A stretch of DNA of 55,861 bases from Candidatus Woesearchaeota archaeon. Lineage in GTDB: Archaea > Nanobdellota > Nanobdellia > Woesearchaeales > DSVV01. A program made the translations under genes and the position numbers. The notes beneath the pieces were generated by a model. It saw only the letters and a list, made by a program, of their open reading frames with translations. It searched no databases and was not told the DNA's origin. Positions 26,474-35,000 of this stretch are shown piece after piece (the stretch's first letter is position 1; each line of letters starts with the position of its first letter). The DNA is taken from contig JAGVYW010000044.1 of assembly GCA_018303075.1 (NCBI GenBank), positions 1-55,861 of the forward strand, written 5' to 3'.

Positions 26474-29410
26474 TTAATTTACACATGCATTTTCATCTTT
26501 ATTACAACCTTTTACACATAGATAAACAGTTTTTATCAATGAATCTGTATTGCATGAATATTCTTGTAGATATGATTTTTTATCTGTTTCTTCAGTTTTT
26601 TCACATATATCTGCATAAGGTTTTCCAAATTTATAAGTAGTACCCATAGTATAAGGATCTTTGCCAGTATCTCCTTCATTTACACAAGATTTGTCTTTAT
26701 ATTCTTCTTTGATTTTAATACTGCCGCCGCTGCCACCCCAACCGCCACTAGGTCCCACATATCCCTCCTGAATTATTTCATTATCACATGTTGCTTTTGC
26801 TGTATACTTTCCACCACAATTATTAGGATTTTCACATACATAATTTTTTTCAGAATTAATACATTCAGTTGCTTCTAAACCTGGTTTACATACTGCAATA
26901 ATCATATCAGATGAACAATCTTCTATTTGTTTATCACTTGTTGTAGCAGGAGGTATAACACATATTTTCTTATTTTTATCACATGTTCCTGAATCACAAT
27001 CTGAATTAGCGTTACATTGTTTTCCAACTTTACATTTTACTGAACAACTTCCACCGCAATCAACATCAGCTTCATTAGTATCAGAATCTTGCTTGCCATT
27101 TTGACAAGAATCTGTTGTTACACATATTCCGTTTTTACAACCAAATTCACACGTTTGCTGCTCATTCTCTATCTTGCAATTACCTGATTCATCTTTTTCT
27201 GTTGAATAATATGGCTTGTATAAAATAGTTTTATTTGCTGCTTGACCACCACAATATGGTTTTTGCAACGCTGGCTTTTGTTTGCATTCAGCTGACTTAG
27301 GTTTTTCTGTCAAACATCTTCCTTCTGTTTTGTTACAGCCAAATTTACAAACAATTGTTTCTGTTCCTAATATAATTCCAGAATTTTGAACATTACAAAA
27401 ATATTGTGTTAATTTGTCAGTATTTGTTGCTTTATCTATGTTGCAATTATCTTTTTTAAGATTACTACCTATAAGAACTGCACCTTCTAAATAAGGATTC
27501 TGCAGAGGATCTGTGTCTTTGCATGCGAGCGTGAATTGGTCAACAGATGGTTGAGTTACAACACACATACCATCTTTACATTCTCCTGAACATTTTTCGA
27601 TTTCTTTTACTAATTGAACGCAACTACCATTTTGCAGAACATTGCCATTATAATATTTTTGTTGTATAGTCCATTTGCCTACTTTCTTAACACATTTCTT
27701 AGTTCCATCTATAAACTGATCTTTTTTATTTTCACAATCTTGTAGATTAGTTTCTGCTAGTGTTAGTTCTTTTTTCACACATACTGCATCTTTACAATTA
27801 AAACCATTATTACAATTAAATTTATTATCGTTACAATACGCTCCTTCAGTACCATCTGCTTTCACAAATAAACCATCTTTACAAGCTTTACCATTTAAAG
27901 CTTGTATTTGTTTAGAATCCAAATAATTACCTTTTACATTACAAAAGTATTCTATCAATTTAGTATTGTCATCTGTACAAGTATCTGTTTTTGTTTCTAG
28001 TTGTTGAATATTATTATTATTTCCAGTAACAGTTCCAACTACTGCATAATTGACATATTTAGTAAATGATAGAGCAGTACCATCATCGTTCTTAGTTATT
28101 GTATCTGTGTCAGTACATTTTTCAGCACATTTTTTTCCAGAATCACAAAAAACAGTAGTACAATCACTATTTATTGAACATAATTTCCCAACAGCACATT
28201 TTGTTGGACAGATTCCACCACAATCAACATCTGCTTCATCTTGGTTTTTTATTTTATTAGTACATGTAACAGTAGTTCCAACTGATGGTTGAGTTACAAC
28301 ACACTGATTTTTTGTAGTGTCGCAAACTTCCGTTGAAGCACAATCCTTTTGCTCATCACATCCAGAAACACAACTGCCTAAGAATCCTTCTGGATTCAAA
28401 TCAGAAAGAAGACAATAAGTACCTAATAGAGTACAATCACTATTTATTGAACATAATTTCCCAACAGCACATTTTGTTGGACAGCTTCCACCACAATCAA
28501 CATCTGTTTCATCTTGGTTTTTTATTTTATCAGTACATGTAACAGTAGTTCCAGCAGAAGGTAATACATTTGTTCCAACTGATGGCAACTTTGCAATCTC
28601 TTTTGTTTGTCCAGCAGACACACCACTACCTATTTTTGGCTCTGATGTAGCTGCTATATCTAATTGAGATTTTGAATCCTTATCATTCGCTAAATTAATA
28701 TTTTTCTTATCATTAATAACAATGTTTCTTGTGGTTTCTTGTATACCCAAGAATTTATCATCTATTTTATGTGTAATTTTATAAGTTCCTGCTTTCTCAA
28801 AAATTAGTTCAATAGAATATAATGAAGGATAATTTTGTTTAGTTTGTAAAACGTTATCTAAATACCATTTATGATTTACTTTCTTATATACCATAGATAA
28901 CACTGGTGAAAATACAACTGTATCACCTACAAATAAATCTTTTGATGTTGGCAATAACTTATTATCCCCAGTTTTCTTTTTAGAATAAACAAAATCAGAC
29001 ATAGATTTACAAACACCTTTCATTCCTATTGGAGGGATAGTAAAATCTGTAGATATTTTTTTAAAACAAATCTGATCATCGTCGCAATCAGTATCTTTAT
29101 TACAAGTAACTGAAGTTTCTATCGCTTTCCCAGCAACATCCCCTGTTTTATTCATATTCAAGAAAATAACAAACAATATTACTAATAACAATCCAATTCC
29201 AACCCAAACATATACTTTTTTATGATGTGGATGCATTGATTGTTGAGAATTATTTTGACTATCTTGCGATGTCGTTTCTCGTGTTTGTTTTAATTGTGAT
29301 GATTCTGCTTCAGGAATAAACTCAACAACTTCTCTCTTAGGTTTAGCTGAAGTCTTAACTACTGATGCTGATATATTACCCTTTTTCACCGCTTTTTTCT
29401 TTTTACTCAT
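26474..29410 (-). CDS. 978 aa Cys-rich surface protein of the same family
   Basis: The leader runs MSKKKKAVKK head, MHPHHKKVY, TM helix, DVAGKAI. The rest carries three DCGG mini-modules, several six-Cys modules and a glycine run (GGWGGSGGS). Confidence 0.8.
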   Translation of the reverse strand: MSKKKKAVKKGNISASVVKTSAKPKREVVEFIPEAESSQLKQTRETTSQDSQNNSQQSMHPHHKKVYVWVGIGLLLVILFVIFLNMNKTGDVAGKAIETSVTCNKDTDCDDDQICFKKISTDFTIPPIGMKGVCKSMSDFVYSKKKTGDNKLLPTSKDLFVGDTVVFSPVLSMVYKKVNHKWYLDNVLQTKQNYPSLYSIELIFEKAGTYKITHKIDDKFLGIQETTRNIVINDKKNINLANDKDSKSQLDIAATSEPKIGSGVSAGQTKEIAKLPSVGTNVLPSAGTTVTCTDKIKNQDETDVDCGGSCPTKCAVGKLCSINSDCTLLGTYCLLSDLNPEGFLGSCVSGCDEQKDCASTEVCDTTKNQCVVTQPSVGTTVTCTNKIKNQDEADVDCGGICPTKCAVGKLCSINSDCTTVFCDSGKKCAEKCTDTDTITKNDDGTALSFTKYVNYAVVGTVTGNNNNIQQLETKTDTCTDDNTKLIEYFCNVKGNYLDSKQIQALNGKACKDGLFVKADGTEGAYCNDNKFNCNNGFNCKDAVCVKKELTLAETNLQDCENKKDQFIDGTKKCVKKVGKWTIQQKYYNGNVLQNGSCVQLVKEIEKCSGECKDGMCVVTQPSVDQFTLACKDTDPLQNPYLEGAVLIGSNLKKDNCNIDKATNTDKLTQYFCNVQNSGIILGTETIVCKFGCNKTEGRCLTEKPKSAECKQKPALQKPYCGGQAANKTILYKPYYSTEKDESGNCKIENEQQTCEFGCKNGICVTTDSCQNGKQDSDTNEADVDCGGSCSVKCKVGKQCNANSDCDSGTCDKNKKICVIPPATTSDKQIEDCSSDMIIAVCKPGLEATECINSEKNYVCENPNNCGGKYTAKATCDNEIIQEGYVGPSGGWGGSGGSIKIKEEYKDKSCVNEGDTGKDPYTMGTTYKFGKPYADICEKTEETDKKSYLQEYSCNTDSLIKTVYLCVKGCNKDENACVN

Positions 29411-29438
29411 AGATTTTCACTTAAAATTTTACTCAATT

Positions 29439-29834
29439 TTATTTGCAAGCATTAACAGTATTATCGCAGCCATTGCCGCAGTTATATATTTCCATAATTA
29501 ATTGATTATTACTGCATGAATATTTTTTAAGATTTTTATCTTCATCTACACAACTATTTTTATATTCTTGTTCATTAAAAGTAACAATTCCTTTCTGATC
29601 ATCAGAGCAACTATTTGTCTGTAGCACAAATACTTTTTCAACACATAAACCATCTTTACATTCTAAATCTGCAGAACCACAAACTGTGTCATTTGTGCAA
29701 ACTTCATTGATAGCTTTTCCAGCAATGTCTTTTGCTTGATTAACAACACTTAATAAGAACAATCCGACTAAAAGAACTAAGAATACTAACCCACCTATAA
29801 ATATAGTTTTTAGTGTTTTATGATCTAATTCCAT
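29439..29834 (-). CDS. small secreted or anchored Cys-module protein (131 aa)
   Basis: A TM helix and DIAGKAI are followed by a Cys spacer and one six-Cys module (CSDDQKGIV...LKKYSCSNN...CGNGCDNTVNAC). Confidence 0.65.
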   Translation of the reverse strand: MELDHKTLKTIFIGGLVFLVLLVGLFLLSVVNQAKDIAGKAINEVCTNDTVCGSADLECKDGLCVEKVFVLQTNSCSDDQKGIVTFNEQEYKNSCVDEDKNLKKYSCSNNQLIMEIYNCGNGCDNTVNACK

Positions 29835-29885
29835 TTAACCCTTACCCGCTTTTTTATATAAAATATTAAATCTATGAAAGAGCTA

Positions 29886-30368
29886 CTATTTAAACCTTTT
29901 TATATGCGTTTTATTTTCTTGTATAAATTCCATTATCTCTTTCTTAAATATCATAATATCTTTATGTTGTTTCATATCATCATACGCAAGCTCATCATCA
30001 ATATCAGTATACATGTGAACCAAAACATTTCTGAATTGTTTCATTTGCTTTAGTTTAAGCGCCAATTCTTCTGAAATCACGTTTTTTTGCGTTAATAATT
30101 CAAAAATTTGCTCTTCTTCATTTGCTAACCCTAATTTTAATTCTTTTACTAATAGATTGCAGATATCAATACATCCTTCAATGAGTATTTGTATTGTCCT
30201 TTCACATGCTCTTCTTTTCTCAATATTATTTTTGTATTCTTTAATAGTAGAAGGAAACATTGTAATGAATTCCGCATAACACTTATCAAGATGTCCAATC
30301 ATACTAATTATCCTTGTTTCATCAATAAATTTTTTTCTGAACTTTTTATCATTTATAACATCAATCAT
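29886..30368 (-). CDS. hepT: HepT-like HEPN toxin (DUF86)
   Basis: FRNVLVHMY carries the Rx4H HEPN motif. The gene overlaps the upstream nucleotidyltransferase gene by 8 nt. Confidence 0.7.
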   Translation of the reverse strand: MIDVINDKKFRKKFIDETRIISMIGHLDKCYAEFITMFPSTIKEYKNNIEKRRACERTIQILIEGCIDICNLLVKELKLGLANEEEQIFELLTQKNVISEELALKLKQMKQFRNVLVHMYTDIDDELAYDDMKQHKDIMIFKKEIMEFIQENKTHIKRFK

Positions 30369-30753
30369 ACAGAATCCCCTCTAAATATTGTTCGTAATAT
30401 TGCTTATAATCATCAAATTTTTTAATTGTATCAAAATAAAGATCATAAAGCGCATCCTCATTTTTGCAATAAATGATTTTTGCATCTTTTAAAATTCTAT
30501 TTCGTATATACAACGGAAGTTGTTGAAATATCTGTATATCATATTTCTCGTTAAATAATATATAATAAAAACGTAGCTGAGACAGTTTTTTTCTAGAATA
30601 TTTGTTTGGTTTTAAGAAGATGCAAATATCAATATCCCTATATTTCTCACCTCGAGCATAACTGCCAAATACACCTACTGCTATAACACACTTATCCTTC
30701 TTTGCATTTTCTATTATTTTTTGTATATTTTTATCTTTTATTAAATGTTTCAT
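30361..30753 (-). CDS. mntA: MntA-like minimal nucleotidyltransferase antitoxin
   Basis: VGVFGSYARGEKYRDIDICIFL carries the GSxxRG...DxD motif. Confidence 0.7.
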   Translation of the reverse strand: MKHLIKDKNIQKIIENAKKDKCVIAVGVFGSYARGEKYRDIDICIFLKPNKYSRKKLSQLRFYYILFNEKYDIQIFQQLPLYIRNRILKDAKIIYCKNEDALYDLYFDTIKKFDDYKQYYEQYLEGILYD

Positions 30754-30794
30754 ATGAAGTATTACCCGCGCACATATTAATTATTTATTGTTTT

Positions 30795-31259
30795 TTACCC
30801 AAACACAGCATCTACTTCTTTCATGTATTCTTTTATCCGAGAGACAATCGTTGGCAGCAATAATTGCTCGAATTTCTGCTGATATATCTCTGACAGATGT
30901 GAAAATTCAATAATTCGATAATCATTTTTTATTTTTTCAACAAGCAGAACATCTCTTAATCTTTTTATCTGCCGTCTTACATTTGATGATGCAACACCAA
31001 GCAATTGAAGATTAAACTCTTTTCGCAATGCAATAACTGCTTCCTTTATCTGCTCAGAATCCATCAGTTTCTTTTCTTGTTTTGCACGCAGCAGAACATA
31101 AAGTATATCAACAATAATATCACGAGAATCACCAGGCTGCAATAAACCAATGCTCAGGCAGAATTTCTTTACTAATTCTCGAGGATTAGACTTATCTGGC
31201 CGTTCATACCTTCGCAAAGTAATCTCCATCAATGGTGTATCACGCAATACTTTTTTCAT
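30795..31259 (-). CDS. winged-helix transcription regulator (paralog of 5816-6385)
   Basis: SNVRRQIKRLRDVLLVEKIKNDYRI is recognition helix/wing-like. The N-terminal pattern is shared with 5816-6385. Confidence 0.5.
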   Translation of the reverse strand: MKKVLRDTPLMEITLRRYERPDKSNPRELVKKFCLSIGLLQPGDSRDIIVDILYVLLRAKQEKKLMDSEQIKEAVIALRKEFNLQLLGVASSNVRRQIKRLRDVLLVEKIKNDYRIIEFSHLSEIYQQKFEQLLLPTIVSRIKEYMKEVDAVFG

Positions 31260-31274
31260 AAAAAAACCTCTAAT

Positions 31275-31299
31275 AAAAAGCTCACTTCGTTCGCTTTTT
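31275..31299 (-). promoter_or_regulatory. conserved A-run/TCACTTCGTTCG/T-run element upstream of the regulator gene
   Basis: On the gene strand it reads AAAAAGCGAACGAAGTGAGCTTTTTATTAGAGG, ending about 17 nt before the ATG. The 12-mer is identical to 25328-25339. Confidence 0.45.
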
Positions 31300-31441
31300 A
31301 TAACTCAGTTAGTGCGGTTGAGTAAAACTAAATCGCAATTCTATATTAAAATATATAATCTTTTTTTATTTACTGTAAGAACTTATATAAATATGTTGTT
31401 TTTTATTTCACTAAAAATAATTTGTTTAAACTACTATTGCC

Positions 31442-31783
31442 TCATCGAAATCCTTTAGTTCCAATTATTTTAAGAACATATCTAATTTCATTAATTGTTT
31501 CTTGCTGATGGTTCTTATCGGATATTCTTACAAATCGAAGCAATAAGTCTACAAGTTCATCCTTGTTTAGACATTTTAATTTAAAACCATCAGTAATAAA
31601 ATAAAAGCGAAAACTGTTATATTTCAATTCTTTAATAACAATGCCACCAACGCTACTCAACAATTTTCCTTTGTGTGGGTTCGTTTCAAGCTCATGCATT
31701 AAATCGAATATTTTAATTGCATCTTGCTTAAACTTCTTTTCAATCTCTTCATAGAGGCTTTCAACAATCACTACTTTTGCCAT
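31442..31783 (-). CDS. RelE/ParE-like toxin
   Basis: LETNPHKGKLLSSVGGIVIKELKYNSFRFYFI fits the RelE/ParE pattern. The gene overlaps the small upstream gene by 13 nt. Confidence 0.5.
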   Translation of the reverse strand: MAKVVIVESLYEEIEKKFKQDAIKIFDLMHELETNPHKGKLLSSVGGIVIKELKYNSFRFYFITDGFKLKCLNKDELVDLLLRFVRISDKNHQQETINEIRYVLKIIGTKGFR

Positions 31784-31974
31784 CTTTCTGCATGCCTCTT
31801 GTGAGCTTCTGCTAAAGAAATAGTATTTTCTGATGAAAGAAGAAATTCACGCAACTGCTCTTTGACTGCAAGTTTATACATCCGTCTAATAATAAGCTCA
31901 TAAGTATCTTCTTTAGTTCCAAAAGTAGCTATTAGACCTTTGGTTTCTTCGCTAAGCTGAATTGTTGTTACCAT
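31771..31974 (-). CDS. small antitoxin-like protein
   Basis: It is 67 aa, sits upstream of the RelE-like gene and overlaps it. Confidence 0.4.
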   Translation of the reverse strand: MVTTIQLSEETKGLIATFGTKEDTYELIIRRMYKLAVKEQLREFLLSSENTISLAEAHKRHAERWQK

Positions 31975-32078
31975 ACTATAGATGCTATAGTTGCTATAGT
32001 ATATAAAGATTTCGAAAATCTAAAAATAAAAAGAATTTTAGTTAGCTATCAAATCTCGACATACAGCAATTCCATGCA

Positions 32079-35000
32079 TTAAACAACATCCATTCCAATC
32101 CTGACAGTCTTTCCTTTTATTTTTTCTTCAATGTTGTGCTTTTTGCTTGTAAACTCAACAGAGATTTCTATACTATCAGCACCGCATTTTTCTTGGATAT
32201 CTCCGCTTAATGGTCTTATCATCTCTAAAAGATCATTTTCCATAGATACAACAATGCTAACTCTGTCTTTTTTCTGCAGACCAATATCTTTTCTAAGCAC
32301 TTGTATCCTTCGCATGATTTCTCTTGCATATCCTTCTGCGTCTAAAGCAGCTGTTCTTTCTTTATCAATATAGATATCACCATATCTAAAATCACAAGCT
32401 GCTAAATGATCTGGAACTTGTTTTTCAATTGTAAAATGTTCTTTGCGCAGAACACAATCACGATGATCCAATTTTACTTTTAATGTTCCTTGTTCTAAAT
32501 GCTTAATAACTGCATGTTCATTCTCCTGCACAAGCTTTCCTATAATAGCAGGTGCATCTTTTCCAAACTCTGGACCAAGCGTCTTAAAATTTGGTTTTGC
32601 TTTAGTAGTGATTGACTTAAATTCTTTAACAACATGCACTTTTTTTACATTTGCTTGTGTTTGTATTGTTGAAGCTAATGATTCAACTGCTACCCTTAAA
32701 TCATCATTTTCTGTAACAATAATAATCTCTTTCAGAGGCCAGCGTATTCCAAGCTGAATTTTTTCTCTTCCTCCAAGAATGCTTTGAATAACATCTTGAG
32801 AAAGGATAAAATGCTTTTCCAATACTGTATTTATTTTTTTTTCGTCATATTTTGACCATGATATCAAAGATATGCTTTCTTCAACTAGTGCAATGTCAGT
32901 TAGTGCATTGTTTTTTCCTTCTGCATTTTTTCCAGCAAATGCTTCTTTTAATTGCAGATAAATCTTTTCAGAGATAAAAGGAGATATTGTATTGAACATC
33001 TTCAGTGATTCATAAAGAACAGCATATATTATTGAAAGTATCTGCTCTCTCTCCTCATGACTGCCAAACGCTATTCTATCTCTTACTAATTGAATATATG
33101 TTCGAGATAATTGTAAAAAGAGATTTTCAACTGCCCAAGGAATTTCATTAATCTGATATTTTTCAAATTTTTCAGTTGCTGATTTTATTGTTGTATTAAG
33201 AAGAGATATCATATATCTGTCTTCAACACAAAGTTTTTCTTCATCAAACTCAGATATCTGTTTGATATGAAGGTCATAGCTTTTCTGCATATCAATGACA
33301 AACTTTTGGAGATTCCATAATACACCAAGATTCTTAAACTTAACTTTCATATCTTCAAAATTATAATTAAGGTCTAGTCCAGGATTTGCTGCACCTATCA
33401 TGTAATATCGTAATGTATCACTTCCATATTTTTCAATAACTTCTTGAGGAAGAATATAATTACCAAGTGATTTTGACATTTTTCTGCCTAATGCATCATT
33501 TATAAAACCATGCATATATACCGTATTAAAAGAATGTTTGCTCATGCTTACCATCGACGCTACAAACAATAAATTAAACCACCCTCGTATTTGATCTTTT
33601 CCTTCAAGAATAAAATCAGCGGGGAAATATCGTTCAAATAGATCAGTTCTGACAGGATAATCTAAACATATCCATGAAGCACTTCCTGCATCAACCCATA
33701 CATCTAAAACATCTGGCACTCTTTCCTTAATCTTACCGCATTTACATTTTATTTTTACTGCATCAATATAAGGCTTATGTAAATCTTCTGGAAGCTTTGT
33801 ACCTGAATTTGTTTCTTTTAATATCTGCAATAATTCCTTAGAATCTCCAACAACAATATAATCATTACATGATTTGCATTTCCAAACAGGCAATGGTGTT
33901 CCCCAATATCGTTGCTTTGTTATAGAATTATCACGAAGATTATCTAACCATGAATGAAACTGCCTATTACCAGCCCAATCTGGCATCCAATATATTGTTT
34001 TATTTATATCTTTCATATTTGCTGTCAGATCCTCAACTTTAAAGAACCATTGTGATGTTGCCCTGAATATCGCAGGAGTATGATGCCTCCAACAATGAGG
34101 ATAATCATGTTCAACTGTTGCACTTGCTGCCAAAACACCTTCTGCTTCAAGACGTCTAATAAATTCTTTATCATCTTCTTTTGCCTGCAGATTTGAAAAA
34201 ACACCCATATTTTCAAAATATCCTCGTTCATTGACTAAATTAAATGGCGGCAGATTATTACGATGACCTACTTCATAATCCCCTGGTCCGCAGCCAGGAG
34301 CACAATGCACTAATCCAGTTCCTGCAATTGTATCAACATATTCTTCTGATAATACAACAGTATGTAATTTTGAAGAGTTATTTTCAATCTCTTGTTTAGC
34401 TATTTCCTTAAAATGATCAATATATTTTGCAAAAGGATGCTGATATTTTAAACCTTCAAGACAGCTTCCATCAAATTCATCAACAATCTTATAATCTTTG
34501 CCGCATATTTTTTTAATAACAGCTTCAGCAAGATCTTTTGCAACAATCCATGTTTCTGCTCCTGCACCTCTTGCACCTATTCCTTCCATATCTGCTCTGA
34601 TTTCTGCCTTCACATATTTTACTTTTGGATTAACCATAACAGCTAGATTAAAAGGAATTGTCCAAGGTGTTGTTGTCCAGATGATAAGAAACTCATTATT
34701 ATCTCCTTCAAGACGAAGTTTGACATATATTGATTTATCATTTAGTTTTTCATATTCTAATTCATGTTTTGCAAGTGCAGAACTGCATTCACTGCACCAA
34801 GTCATTGTCCGCAAACCTTCGTACAATCTGCCATTTTCATGCGCTTTTTTTATCAGCCACCATTCACCTTCAATATAAGAATTATTTACAGGCATGTATG
34901 GATTATCATAATCCATCCATATACCAAGTTTCTTAAAATCAAGTATCATTCCATTCATATTATTGACTGATAATTTTTTACATTCTTTGATAAAATTCTC

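Noticed and set aside
28158-28553. Possible diversity-generating retroelement TR/VR pair in the 978 aa gene
   Set aside because: The three mismatches between the 123 nt copies are not adenine-specific. Both copies are in-frame parts of the same gene, and no reverse transcriptase is present in the window.
19546-29834. The leaders of the surface proteins as class III (type IV pilin-like) signals cleaved by the A24 peptidase at 39073-40005
   Set aside because: The residue before the hydrophobic stretch is K, R or Y rather than the G/A required at position -1. The conserved GKAI motif lies after the helix, not before it.
29839-30775. Shared GCGGGTAA word 10-15 nt upstream of the start codons of 29439-29834 and 30361-30753
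   Set aside because: There are only two occurrences of an 8-mer. That is too little to separate chance from a real ribosome-binding or initiator element without a genome-wide scan.
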